64,000 nucleotides of DNA from Octopus sinensis (taxonomy: Eukaryota): contig NC_043006.1 in NCBI RefSeq assembly GCF_006345805.1, positions 105,276,001-105,340,000 of the forward strand, written 5' to 3'. The position numbers and the translations under genes were made by a program. Below are positions 38,991 through 51,360 of this stretch, one piece after another (position 1 is the first letter of the stretch; each line of letters begins with the position of its first letter). The notes beneath the pieces are model-generated. The model was given only the letters and a program-made list of their open reading frames with translations, was not told the origin of the DNA and did no database searches.

Positions 38991-39554
38991 CTGTATGGTT
39001 GACATTTTCACGCTAATTAATTTCGTTATTATCAATACAATTGTTATTTTTGAATCGATTCTTTATTTCGAGTCGATTTGCTTTTGCTATTTTGCTGCTG
39101 TTTTATTTTCTAACTCTTACTGCTAAGGGAGGTGCTAAAAGGACGTAAGGCGTAATCAGTCTGTGTGTGTGTGTGTGTGCTTGTGAGTGCGTGCATCTAA
39201 CTGTCCCTGTCTGTATGTGTTTATGTGTCTATCAAGCTTCTTGTATATTTTGCACAAATTTTAGAACTTGCATGAGCGTCTTAGCATTTAGATGTGAGTG
39301 TGTGTGTATGTGTGCGTTTATATGTATGCGTGTGTATGTGTGTGCGCACGCATGCATGCATATGTATGTATTATTGTGGTTGTTTGTATGTGTGTACTAG
39401 TGTTTCAGAGTGTGTCTCACTTTGCGTGTGTGCGTATATCCGAGCGTGTGCGCACACGCGCGTGTTCGTCTCTCTATGTGTGTGTGTGAGTGAGAATGTG
39501 CGTACGAATATTTGTGCCTGGTTGTGCGAGATAGATAGATAGATAACGAAACAA

Positions 39555-40105
39555 AAACAATCCGGGTTCAATTCATTGCGTGGCACCTTGGGCAAATGTC
39601 TTCTACTATGGCCTCGAGGCGACCAAAGCCTCGTGAGTGGATTTGGTAGACGGAAACTTTGCCTTTCATCCTTTCGGGTTCGATTAAAGAAGTACCAGTT
39701 ACGCACTGGGGTCGATATAATCGTCTTAATCCGTTTTTCTGTCCTTGTTTGTCCCCTCTGGGTATAGCCCCTTATCGGTAGTAAAGAAATAGGCATTTCG
39801 TCTATCTTAACGTTCTGAGTTCAAATTCCGCCGAGGTCGACTTTATTTTTCATCCTTTCGGGGTTGATATATTAAGTACCATTTGTGTACTGAGGTTGAT
39901 CTAATTGACTTGGCGCCCTCCTCCCAAAATTCCGGGCCTTGTGCCTAGATTAGAAAAGAATATTTTAGTTGACACTAAGATGGCGAGCTGTCAGAGTCGT
40001 TAGCGTCTTTACGTTCTGGGTTCAAATTCCGCCGATAAAATATTAACATTTCGGTTGATAAAATAATACCAATTTAGCTCTAGGGTCGATGTAATCGATG
40101 CGTGA
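39555..40105 (+). mobile_element. Chimeric/nested S2 and S1 SINE fragments
   Basis: S2 head (gtggatttggtagacggaaact) joined to S1 body (ttgcctttcatcctttcggg), followed by two more S1 pieces. Confidence 0.75.
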
Positions 40106-40535
40106 CGGGGAGAGATGGAAGGTTGAATTTTAGTGATAAAGACAGGGGGGTGGTGGAAGGAGAATATGGAGGGAATTAAGAATGAGGAGAATGAATGGGA
40201 TCAGAGGGTGGAAGTTGCAGTAGTAAAGGGGCCAGTGGAGAGGGTTAGTCAGGAAGAAGTTGTGAAGGCAATGAAGGAAATGAAAATAGGAAATGCAGCT
40301 GGTCCAGCAGAAGTAGGAAATGATAATGGCAAGGGGAGAGATAGGGATTGTGGAGATGATGGAGCTCTTCCAGGGTGTGCTGGAAGGAAGAGGAATGCCA
40401 GATGATTGGGCACTAAGTATGGAGGGACAGATCTTCAAGAGGAAGGGGGATGCGATGAGTTGTGGGGCGTATAGAGGAGTGAAGTTAATGAGGGTTAGTT
40501 TGTGGAAGATGTGAGAAAGGAGGTGGAGGGCTGAC
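40105..40535 (+). mobile_element. RTE-clade LINE RT fragment
   Basis: WKENMEGIKNEENEWD...VERVSQEEVVKAMKEMKIGNAAGPAEV...GMPDDW....QIFKRKGDAMSCGAYRGVKLM. Confidence 0.85.
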
Positions 40536-40540
40536 AAGCT

Positions 40541-42600
40541 AAAATGCAGAGGTTCCAATGATCAACTCCTGGTAGACAAAACTGAACAAATAGGGGCTTC
40601 CATAAGGGTGGAGCACTTGCAGAAAACAGCACTGCTTGGAACCTCTCGAATACTCCGGATGGTGCTCTAAAAATAAGGTGTGTTACTTTAGTTCACTGGT
40701 AGTAAACAGCTAACACCGTAGTACATCTCCAGCGCTAGAAGCAAGAGGAGGAAAACTAACTTAGCCATGTCATGGATCGATTATCGTAAGGCGTACGATA
40801 TAATCCCACATTCTTGGATTGTGGAATGTATGACCCTATTTGGTTTTGCATCGAATATTGAACGATTGCTTGGAAAAAGTATGGCGAAGTGGAGGACGGA
40901 ACTGACAGCATATGGAAGAACTTTAGGAGCAATATAAATCAGGAGAGGCATCTTCCAATGGGACTGCCTGTTCCCACTGATCTTCGTACTGTGCATGTTA
41001 CTACTAACACTGATTCTGAGGAAAGCAAGGCTGGGTAGGTTTTCAAGAGCCGCCAACAAAATGTCAACCACTTCTTTTTTTTGGATGACCTCTATCTTTA
41101 TGGTAAAGTTGAATCCCAAGTCAGTTCCCTTGTTGATACGGTGTATATTTTTAGTGCTAATATCAGAATTGAGTTGGGATTGAAAAAGTGTGATGTGTTA
41201 TTCTTGAAGTGAAGCAAAACTAAATGTATCGACGGATTAGCGATAACATCAGGGGAAGTTATGAAGCAAATTGATGAGATGGGCGATAACTATTTGACGA
41301 TATTGGAAATGGATAAATTGATGGAGAAAGAGATGACAAAAATTTAAGGTGGAGTACTAAGATTGATTCTTAAGTCGGAATTAAATGGACGAAGTAAGAT
41401 TGAAGCTATCAACACCTGGTCGGTTTCACTCCTTAGATATGGATCAGGGGTAATCGCATGGACAGTAGACGAACTAAACAGCTTAGACAGAAAGACAAGG
41501 ATGTTGCTGACTAGATATGGGATAATCCACCCAAAAAGTGACACAAACAGACTGTATGTACCAAGAAAAAGAGGTGGGGAGAACTGATTGGATGCGAACC
41601 CAGTATTAGAGCAGAAGAAAACAACATAGCATGGTATGTAAAAAAATGTCACAGAACGGCTATTATTGGAAGTAGGAAGGTCAGGCTTGTGTAGGATGGA
41701 AGATTGCAAAGGTAAAGCACTGTAGAAGGAATTGAGAATGAATGAAACTGAAAATAGGTGAGTAAAGAAAAGAGTGCATGGACAATTCCATAGGGATGTT
41801 GAAGATAAGAGAGACAGAGAAAAAAGATGGCTATGGATGACTAAAAGTGATTGTATGCTTGCCCAAGAGAAAGTATTAAGAACCAATTACACCAAATACA
41901 GAATAGGCAATAGATCAGAAAGCGATAAGTGCAGAATTTGTGGACAAAATGGTGAAATCGGATGGCATATTACCAGTCAATGTACGCCACTATCCCAGAA
42001 AGAATATACTAGAAAGAAATATAATAGACACTTTGCAGAAAGAATATAATAGACAGTTTGCAACAAGTATGGACTTGACAGAGCAAAAAATTGGTACGAA
42101 CATAAACCCGAAAGCATGATCGAAAATGATAATGCAAAGATCCTGTGGGAATTTATGATTTAGTGCGACCATGAGACAGAGAATAGGAAGCTAGACATAG
42201 TCTTAATTGAGAAAGAAAGCAGACTATACTGGATCATAGATATAGCATGCCCAGGCGACAACAAGGTATGTGGTAAGGAACAAAGAAAAGTCGGTAGGTA
42301 TGACAGGTTAGCTTGAGAGTTTAAGCAGTTGTGGTAGCTTAAAAAGTTGGTAGTAGTACCAATAATTGTCTGAGCCCTGGGAAAGAGTGAGTAAAAATGT
42401 TGAGAAGTACATGGAACAAATAGGGGCTGCAATAAAAATGAAGCACTTGCAGAAAGCAGCACTGCTTGGAACCGCTCGAATACTCCGGAAGGTGCTGGAA
42501 AAATAAGAGGTGTTACCTTAGTTTCCTGCTGATGAACATCTGACACCGTAATACGTCTCCTGCGTTAGAAGTTGTGTAAAGATAATAAAATAATATTAAT
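40541..42600 (+). mobile_element. R4/Dong-like non-LTR retrotransposon (RT + CCHC + restriction-like endonuclease), 5'-truncated and decayed
   Basis: RGSNDQLLVDKT; WIDYRKAYDIIPHSWI; RRGIFQ; LDDL; NTWSVSLLRYG; HPKSDTNRLYVPRKRGG; MHGQF; CRICG...HITSQC; RKLDIVLIEKE...IIDIACPGD; LLGTARILRKVLEK*; 3'UTR ending gataataaaataat. Confidence 0.92.
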
Positions 42601-42812
42601 CCTTTCTACTGGAGGCACAAGGCTGCATATTTGTGGTGAGGGGACTAATCGATTACATTGACCCCAGTGTTTCACTGGTACTTAAGTTTTCGTCCCCGAA
42701 AGGAAAAAGGTAAAGTCGACAGCGGCGGAATTTGAACGCAGAACGTAGCGACGGGCGAAATACCGCTAAGCATTTCGTCCAACGCTCTCACGATTCTGCC
42801 AGCTCGCCACCT
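42600..42812 (-). mobile_element. SINE family S1
   Basis: aaagtcgacagcggcggaatttgaacgcagaacg...ctgccagctcgccacc. Confidence 0.8.
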
Positions 42813-43409
42813 CGTATAATAATAATAATAATTGCTGGACTTGGGTCAACATTTGAAACCGTTATTTTATTTATTTATTTATTTACTTATTCGTTTGTTT
42901 TTTCGTATGGCTTAAAACTAATATCCGGCTGATAGCCTCATAGAAGTTGGATAATGGGAATACAGTACAAACACTTTTTCTGTTGGATTGTCAACAGATC
43001 AGCGATTCATTAATGACTGACACCCCAAGAATAGCGGAATCACCCGGCAGAATAAAACAGGAGTTGAATGAATGGAAGTGAAAATAACTCTATACCTCAA
43101 AAGACACAGTTCCACTTTATGCCAGGCACTATTTTCCAGCAGCGACAATCGTTAATTATGGATAATGAAAAAGCAATTTGAGAAATACAAATAAGAGTAG
43201 ATAATTACGATAACCGGTTCAAGGGAGGTAACTATCATTTTTCTAACTATTGTTATGTCCCTTGCATTCATTTGAAAAGTAATGATTTTTTTAATAGAAA
43301 TTTTGTGAAATGCTTAATATTCTACAGCGATTTCATAATTTATATAACATATCCGCGCACAAACACGCGCACGCATATACAAGCACATAGATATACAGAT
43401 GGGTGCACG

Positions 43410-43513
<104 letters not shown>

Positions 43514-44110
43514 AGAAGAGCTATTTTCATCATCCTCGTGGCTATGGCGAAAGAATGTATCTGGTGGACGCGTCTGAAAGGATTGGAAACAAACACTTTC
43601 CTCTCTGGTCAATCTCTCATCAACTTCTTCAAGTATCACTTGAAAAGGAAAGTGAGAGTAGAGAGGCAAGTTTTGTCTAGCGAATGTTTTAAAAAAAGAT
43701 GGGTGAATGTAGCAAGGATGGCACGTATGAATGACGAAGCCACCTTGAGCATAATCCTATGAACCCGGAAATTTAAAACAGAGGGTTACCCACTTGCAAA
43801 CAAATGCGGTAACATGTAACAATATTGACCGAGGTTACCGTGGTCTTTTCCATAGGCTTTTCTTCCCACGGATAAACCCTATCTGCTTCCCCCTTTACAC
43901 CTTACATCATGACACTGTGATACACGATCCCTATTGATCGTTTTTTTCTTTTGTTTCTTTTCCCTTTTTTCTTTTTCTTTCTTCTTTCATTTTTACGATC
44001 CCTTTTGATCGAAAACCTACCCCACGTTTTTTTTTGTTCTTCCCCCAAAAGTGAAAAGTTCTACTTTGTAATCTGTCCCGTCTGTGTGCAGCCCTGTGTG
44101 GCTAATAAAG

Positions 44111-44113
<3 letters not shown>
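43514..44113 (+). mobile_element. Tx1/L1-like LINE 3' end (ORF2 C-terminus and 3'UTR) inserted in (TATC)n
   Basis: AMAKECIWWTRLKG...LINFFKYHLKRKVRVERQ...KRWVNVARM...LSIIL* followed by a UTR with AATAAA; (CTAT)n upstream, (CT)n(ATCT)n downstream. Confidence 0.75.
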
Positions 44114-44189
<76 letters not shown>

Positions 44190-44264
44190 GTTATCTATCT
44201 TAGGAGGAAGCGCTAAGTTTATGATACACATAACGCATGCGCATACACATGATTTTTGTTATAT

Positions 44265-44320
<56 letters not shown>

Positions 44321-44439
44321 TGCACGCGTGCGTATGTATGCGTGAATTTATTTAATTTCAGTTTAATTTTTTCTGTTATTAGACTTCTCCCAAGCACAGA
44401 CTTGAATGGTTTAGTTGAATATACCAGTACCTATTTTTA

Positions 44440-44900
44440 AAGTTTGGTGCATATTCTATCGATCCTTTTACGGAGTGGGCCAGTCGATTAGATCGACTCC
44501 AGTACGCAACTGGTATTTAATTTATCGACCCCGAAAGGATGAAAGGCAAAGTCAACCTCGGCGGAATTTGAACTCAGAACGTAAAGACAGGCGAAATATC
44601 GCTAAACATTTCGCCCGGGTGTTAACGATTCTATCAGCTCGCCACCTTACACGATGGCTAATATTACTCCTACCTTCATGGCGATGAGCTGGCAGAAACG
44701 TTAGCACGCCGGCCAAAATACTTAGCGGCATTTCGTGCGTCTTTATGTTCTGGGTTCAAATTCCGCCAAAGTCAAGTGCACCTTTCATCCTTTCGGAGGC
44801 TGGATAAAATAAGTACCATTTGCATACTGGTGTTGATGTAATCGACTTAACCTTTCTTCCGAAATTGCTGGCCTTGTACCAATATTTGAAAGCAATATTA
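44440..44900. mobile_element. Two S1 SINEs head-to-head (44440-44650 minus, 44678-44900 plus)
   Basis: cagctcgccacc end of the minus copy and ggcgatgagctggcagaa start of the plus copy are about 28 bp apart. Confidence 0.8.
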
Positions 44901-45084
44901 CTCCGATCTTTAATACATAGCAAAGTGACATAACTTAAATACAGAAAGTCAGTAGAAATATAGATTCTCGACCATTAAGCAGGTACAACATTTTAGTTGT
45001 TCAACCTGGTTTCTTTTGCACGAATACTGTTGTAATTTGCAAGGAATATTTTTAAAAATTTTCATTCATGGGGCTCAAATTCCA

Positions 45085-45345
45085 CCAAAAGTGGCTGTGT
45101 GGTAAATAACTTGCTTACGAACCACATTGTTCCACATTGCGTGACACGTTGGGCAAGTGTCTTCTACTATAGCCTCGGGCCGACCAAAGCCTTGTGAGTG
45201 GATTTGGTAGACGGAAACTGAAAGAAGCCCGTCGTATATATATATGTATATATATATATATATATATACGGCGGTGCATCAGCATGGCCACAGCTCTGAG
45301 CTGAAAAGTTAAAGAAAAAAATATATATATATATGTGTGTGTGAG

Positions 45346-45384
<39 letters not shown>

Positions 45385-45630
45385 ATGTATGTATGTATGT
45401 ATGTGTGTGTGTGTATGTATGTTTGTGTGTCTGTGTTTGTTCCCCCAACATCGCTTGACAACCGATGCTGGTGTGTTTACGTCTCCTTAATCTAGCGGTT
45501 CGGCATAAGAGCCGATAGAATAAGTACTATGCTTCCAAAGAATAAGCCCTGGGGTGGATTTGTTCGACTAAAGGCGGTGCTCCAGCATGGCCACAGTCAA
45601 ATGACTGAAACAAGTAAAAAGAGAGTAAAG
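45085..45630 (+). mobile_element. SINE family S2 with expanded internal microsatellite
   Basis: gtggctgtgtggtaaataacttgct...; 3' half at 45420-45630. Confidence 0.85.
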
Positions 45631-46055
45631 AATATAGTTAAAATAAGCTTATTAGCTTTGAAAGACTTTATTAGCATCTAGTTTACGATAATTAGTAAGA
45701 TTTCGGCATCTGGTGCTAACGATGTGCTATTGATGAGCTGATTGTTTAGAATTTAGCATATCGGGAAAATTGCTTAGAGGCATTTCTGCCGGTTCACTAC
45801 CACTTTGGCTTTCATCCTTTCGACGTTGAAGCACTGGGGTCGATATAAGCATCTTCACCTCCTATAAACAATTCTGGCCTTGTACCGAAATTAGAAGTGA
45901 AATTAGTACTAATGACTTGTAGGGACACCGTATTTCGTTAAGCAAACGTATACTACCAATTATATCAAGGGCTTATGAGTCAATACACTGTATCCTACCT
46001 GTGTTAGCAGTGCGATTTAATCGCTTTTTGAAACTGATCTTCCATTCAATCTATC

Positions 46056-46487
46056 GGATCTTTTCGGTTTGACCGGCAGGTTTTAAAAATAATTTCCACG
46101 TAACTAAACACTTTTAACCTTCGTATACTGGTAGAATGTGTTTATAAAACATCGTTTTTCTATAGTTTGTAAGATATTTGTTGTTGTTTTTCTTCAATTT
46201 CTGCAAATTCAACCAATCATTGACGTCTATTGAGGTGAAAACATTCTGTGCCGTATGAATATGTCCCTCGTTTAAGAAACAGATTGGGTTTATTTACATT
46301 TGTGAAGAAAAAAAGATACCCGTCAAACAACCCCTAACTATCCCTAACTGACCCTAACTAACCCTAGCTCTAACCCTAACCCTAAAACAGATTGAAATGC
46401 AATAGATCGATACTAGGGTCATAATTATGGGTGACAATTTCATATGACACCGCTAGAAAAAAACTGCCGTTCAAACCGAAAAGATCC
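46056..46487. mobile_element. MITE with 24-bp TIRs and internal telomere-like repeats
   Basis: ggatcttttcggtttgaccggcag / ctgccgttcaaaccgaaaagatcc (1 mismatch); (CCCTAA)-like units at 46332-46385. No clear TSD. Confidence 0.8.
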
Positions 46488-46879
46488 ACTCTATCTAGTT
46501 ATAGACTGCAAGACCAACATAAAGTAATGCAGAAAGCAAGAATGCCAAGACTTCAAACTCCTAAAATACTGATTAATTCTATATAAACAGAGAAGAGAAA
46601 TGTCTTGTGGCTAATGTCGTTTCCTATTGTAACTGTTTTCTTTAACTTAGTTTGATGAGTCACAATTTCATTTAATTCTTCTTTGAATTATGAAGGCTAC
46701 TGGTAGAAATATAATCTCGGGAATTTCGTAAACTCGAGGCTTCCTTTGTCCAATAGTCTAGAGAATGACAAGTAAATATATAATGTGCAAGGTATGAAGT
46801 TAAAGAGTTATGCAACATTTGGTCATGCATTAGTGTATAGTCTCAACAGTTAGTGTTTAGAAATAGTACTATTTAGAGC

Positions 46880-47470
46880 TCGCAATGAAGGATATTGTGC
46901 TTTTGAAACCTTATTGAGCCAACTTTATCTAGATCATCAACAGTCATTTTGTACTCCTGTGTTTTAATTTGCAAAAGTAACCGATTGTGAAGGACTCCGA
47001 TATAACTTTTTCTTCAGTTTCCACCAATCCATTTTTAATAATTTTCTTTTTAATTTTCGTTTTTGGATTTGGTTTGCAAGATTCTTTATATGACTTCGTG
47101 TGTTGACGCATATTCTGTTGTGTCTGGGGGGAGTCATTCTCTTTTAGTGCCTTATTATTTAACACACTCACCGGTAAAATTTCCACTTATTTCTTATTTT
47201 TTATTTTCTACGTTTTTGGTATTGGTTGATTTCTTTGAATATTTTCCTTTTGATGTTTTGTAACATCGTGTGTTTCAGCTTTCTCCCTTGATGTTCTGTG
47301 AGTCCTAACCGCTTGACAGCTGAATTGATAGATTTTGTGTATAGCTTGGAGGAGATGCATGTTTTAATGAAGTGGAGCTGTAGGGCAGCTATCTTGATTT
47401 TCAGACAGCATAAATTGCATTGTAATTCAGCACAATATGCCTTGTATGCTTGAGTTATCACATTTATGTG
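46880..47470 (-). mobile_element. Probable Penelope-like element ORF N-terminal fragment
   Basis: K-rich frame LKIKIAALQLHFIKTCISSKLYTKSI resembles the H-x-F-x2-C-x4-L-x-P-K pattern of PLE N-termini. No catalytic motif. Confidence 0.35.
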
Positions 47471-48556
47471 GTTACATCTCCAGACATTGACGTCACAAGC
47501 ATAGATCAGAATATAGTTTAAAATTTTGTATACAAGGGACGTATACTTTTATATTTTTTCGATTGATGATTTCATGGAAAAATATAGATCGTGGAGTCAC
47601 ACATTCTCTCCCACAAAGAATATATATGCTCTACTTTCGCATTATCTTCCTTCTACTCATTAATCCAGATGTGTGCGTGTGTGTGTATGTGTGAGTATGT
47701 GTGTGTATGTATGTATGTATGTATGTATGTATGTATGTATGTATGTATGTACGTATGTATGTATGTATGTGTGAATGTATGTGTGTATGCAAGCATGTAT
47801 GTATATTTGCTTTCATTTTCCTCTTCCCAATGTTGATAAAATAGTTTAAATACCAACAGTGTACAGTGGTAGATTCAGTTGACTGTACCCTTTCCCTAAA
47901 ACTAGAAATTCTACAGAAACTTTTATTAATATAAATCAGTATTGACAGAATTAATCTCCTTTGATTTGTTCTCTCACGTATCATCGTTGTTTCAATTTTG
48001 AACTTTTTTTTTTACACAGATACAACTTCGATTTTCTATCGGGATTGTTGGGGACTGCTTGTGAAATCCACATATTCCCACGAAACTTCTTCCATGAATT
48101 CTCAATGGCGAATACAATGCCTCGAGGGTGGTGGAAGAAGCCAACTCAACCCGCCCAGGGTGAAAGTCGCTTAAGAAAGAAGAAGTTCTGCTGATTATGC
48201 TTTTGAAGTATGACGTAACTACAGACGTATTTCCCAAATGATTGAATGTCTTACAAAGTGTATTCATTGAAATGCTAGCCTACGTACTTCTATTATTATT
48301 TGATCACATTCAAAGTCAGGAGTGAAATAAATCGCACAAAGTGCAAAATTTAGCCGCTCCTACTTTTTATGTGCATGAAAATATTGTTTAGCTACTTATC
48401 TATGTTTACGTAGTGTATAGAAAAACCTGTTTGTTATTGACTAAAATTTGTACTTTTAGTATTGATTTACAATACAATACGTTATGCAAGTGTGAGCATA
48501 CGTGCATATTCGTGTTAGTATGCACAGTTATAAGCAACAAATATGTTTAAGCCTGT

Positions 48557-48599
<43 letters not shown>

Positions 48600-48760
48600 A
48601 CACACACACACACACCACACACACACACACACACACATATATTTATATATATATATATATATATATATAGGGAGAGTTTACGAAAAAAACAAAAGACGAA
48701 GACAGGTGGTGTACAAAACAAACAGATGTATTAGTATAACGCTCAGAAATTGAAAAAGTC

Positions 48761-48795
48761 TTTTACGTTTCGAGCCTACGCTCTTCTACAGAAAA
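48761..48795 (-). ncRNA. Minimal type-I hammerhead-like motif (CUGUAGA core variant) within a ~190-bp repeat (48680-48870)
   Basis: Minus strand TTTT-CTGTAGA-a-GAGC gtag GCTC-GAAA-CG-TA-AAAG. Shares gaagagc..gctcgaaacgt and the downstream ctgagcg..taata with 2353-2430. Confidence 0.55.
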
Positions 48796-49399
48796 CGGAC
48801 ACAGAAAAAAAACAAGGAGAGAAACATGGAGAGAAAAAAAATGTGTGTAGTGGCTAACGATCTATCCAATATGGATTCAACTAATCCGGAGGCACTAATA
48901 AAAAAAGCTCCTTAACGTATCATTCTACAAAACACAGAATATATTGTACAGGTTAAAAGAAAATCCATGTTAAAAACAACAGCTCAAAATAAAGGATGAT
49001 AGTATTATTTTTAATATGGATCTTTTTTTAGCTTAAACAGTGACCTTAATATCTGTATTAAAGTCACATGGACGCAATTGTTCTTCCTTTTCCTTCTTCC
49101 CTTCGTTTATTTTGTTTTATTTATTTTTTGTATTGGTATTCACTCTGATGAAGCTCCATGTACTAGATCACATGTGCTATAAAGATGAATATTATTTTCG
49201 GAATTTTCTTTGTAAGCACCGATTTACACCGGCAGCCGAAACGGCCGTAAGAAGTGTTAGGTAATGATATGTAAGTTCTGTATTGAAAAATAATTGACCG
49301 ATGTTGGTCAATTTGTTTGTTTGTTGATCTAAGGTTTTCTCCATTTTCTGCTTTTATATATATACATACATTACATATATTATATATATATATATATAT

Positions 49400-49730
49400 T
49401 ATATATATACATACATACATATATGCATGCATACATACATACGTACATACATACATACATACTACATACATACATACATACATGCATGCATACATACATA
49501 CATTATACATACATACATACATGCATACATACATACATACATTATACATACATACATACATGCATACATACATACATACATACATACATACATACATACA
49601 TGCATACATACATACATACATTATACATACATACATACATGCATACATACATACATACATACATGCATACATACATACATACATACATACATACATACAT
49701 ACATACATACATACATACATACATACATAC
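49400..49730. repeat. (CATA)n microsatellite
   Basis: Direct tandem repeat. Confidence 0.95.
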
Positions 49731-49734
49731 ACGT

Positions 49735-50385
49735 ACGAGTGCACCATTGTACGAGTAATATGCCGAGGCTCGTGCGAATTATTGCCTTGACGTACGAGTG
49801 GATATTCGTAGTACGAGCGCGCCTCGCACAAGCGACAGCTACTCAGCAATGAGCTCACACACGCTCTCTCAACAAGCGCAGCTACCGCTAGCTTACGTGT
49901 TCATCTCATTGTGGCACCATCGCTGTTGTGTTTCTCCCAGTTTTTTTTTTCATGTGTCCAAAGAAGTATAGTACTGAGAAGAATAAAAAGCTGATTAAGA
50001 TAGACCTGGAGACGGAAATCATTGATGAACATGAGAGAGGAGAGCGTATAATGGACATAGCACGTCAATACGACCGAAGCACGTCGGCGATCTGCACCAT
50101 CCTGAAAAAAAAAGGACGAGATCAAATCCATTACAACAGCAAAGGGTGTCTCCAGGCTCTCCAAGCAACGCATGTCTATCCACGAAGAGATAGAAAAATT
50201 GCTTCCCTTGTGGATCAAAGAGAAGCAACTCACAGGGAATACGCTTATGGAAAACCGTCATCTGCAAAAAAAGCACGAGCTATGTATAGGAATTTCCCGA
50301 AGCAGAACCCTGCAACATCGACGGTGGATACATCTGCAGACGCATTTAAGGCCAGTCGCGGCTGGATGGGATGAATTATATGGAA
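49735..50385 (+). mobile_element. Tigger/pogo-family transposase N-terminus (CENP-B-type HTH), frameshifted
   Basis: MCPKK...IIDEHERGERIMDIARQYDRSTSAICTILKKK...EEIEKLLPLWIKEKQLTG...KKARAMY...FKASRGW. Confidence 0.88.
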
Positions 50386-50689
50386 ATAGGTTTTTCATGT
50401 TTTGTTACTCATAAGGAAATGACCTCCCATAATAAAAATATAACAAAAAAAAAAGATTATAAGCCCTGGGTGTTTCCCTCCACTGAAGAGAAAATTCTCC
50501 CTTCCATTTCTTAGCAAACGTTTTTCGCCTCGTCTCTTAATCCGAAAGCAACCGTAGGCTGCAGCATCAACGGTCGCCAGTCAAAATTCCCAATTGTGCA
50601 TGTATATATGTATATATGTATCAGCATGGCCGCAGCTCTGAGCTGAAACTAGAAAAAAATATATATACATATATTATCAATAATAATAA

Positions 50690-50985
50690 AGGGTAAAATT
50701 AATTAATTAATTATTAATAATTTTACCAAGTAGTTCGGTATGTTAAAAGAACCATTATCGATAAACTTTTTACAAAAATTCTATAATTATGAGTATAATT
50801 ATAATTACGGTTCAGCAAAAATTTCCTTCACCAACATACCGAAATTTAGAAGTAGCAGTTAAAACTATTTCACTACCATAAGAAAATCTCCCAGGTAGTG
50901 AAATATTAGTTTTAACTGTTATTTCTAAATTTCGGTAATGTGGTGAAGCAAATCTTTGCAGAACCCTAATTATAATAATACTCAT
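50690..50985. repeat. AT-rich repeat containing an ~80-bp-arm foldback
   Basis: 50797-50877 is the approximate reverse complement of 50894-50975, with a 16-nt loop. Confidence 0.8.
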
Positions 50986-51004
50986 ATTGTAGGATTTATA
51001 TATA

Positions 51005-51079
<75 letters not shown>

Positions 51080-51102
51080 TGTGTTTGTGTGTACATATAT
51101 AT

Positions 51103-51134
<32 letters not shown>

Positions 51135-51360
51135 ATATATAATACATAATATATATCTTCAATATATATATATATATATATATACACATTTATATATATA
51201 TATATATATGTGTGTGTGTTGTGTGTACATATATATATATATATATATATACATATATATATGTATCAATATATATATATATATATATTAGTATATATAT
51301 ATATACACATATATATATATATATATATATGTATCAATATATATATATATATATATGTAT

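Noticed and set aside
44440-44900. Head-to-head S1 SINE pair as further evidence of an inversion mechanism
   Set aside because: S1 copies are so dense (more than 20 in the window) that adjacent opposite copies are expected by chance, and these two are quite diverged.
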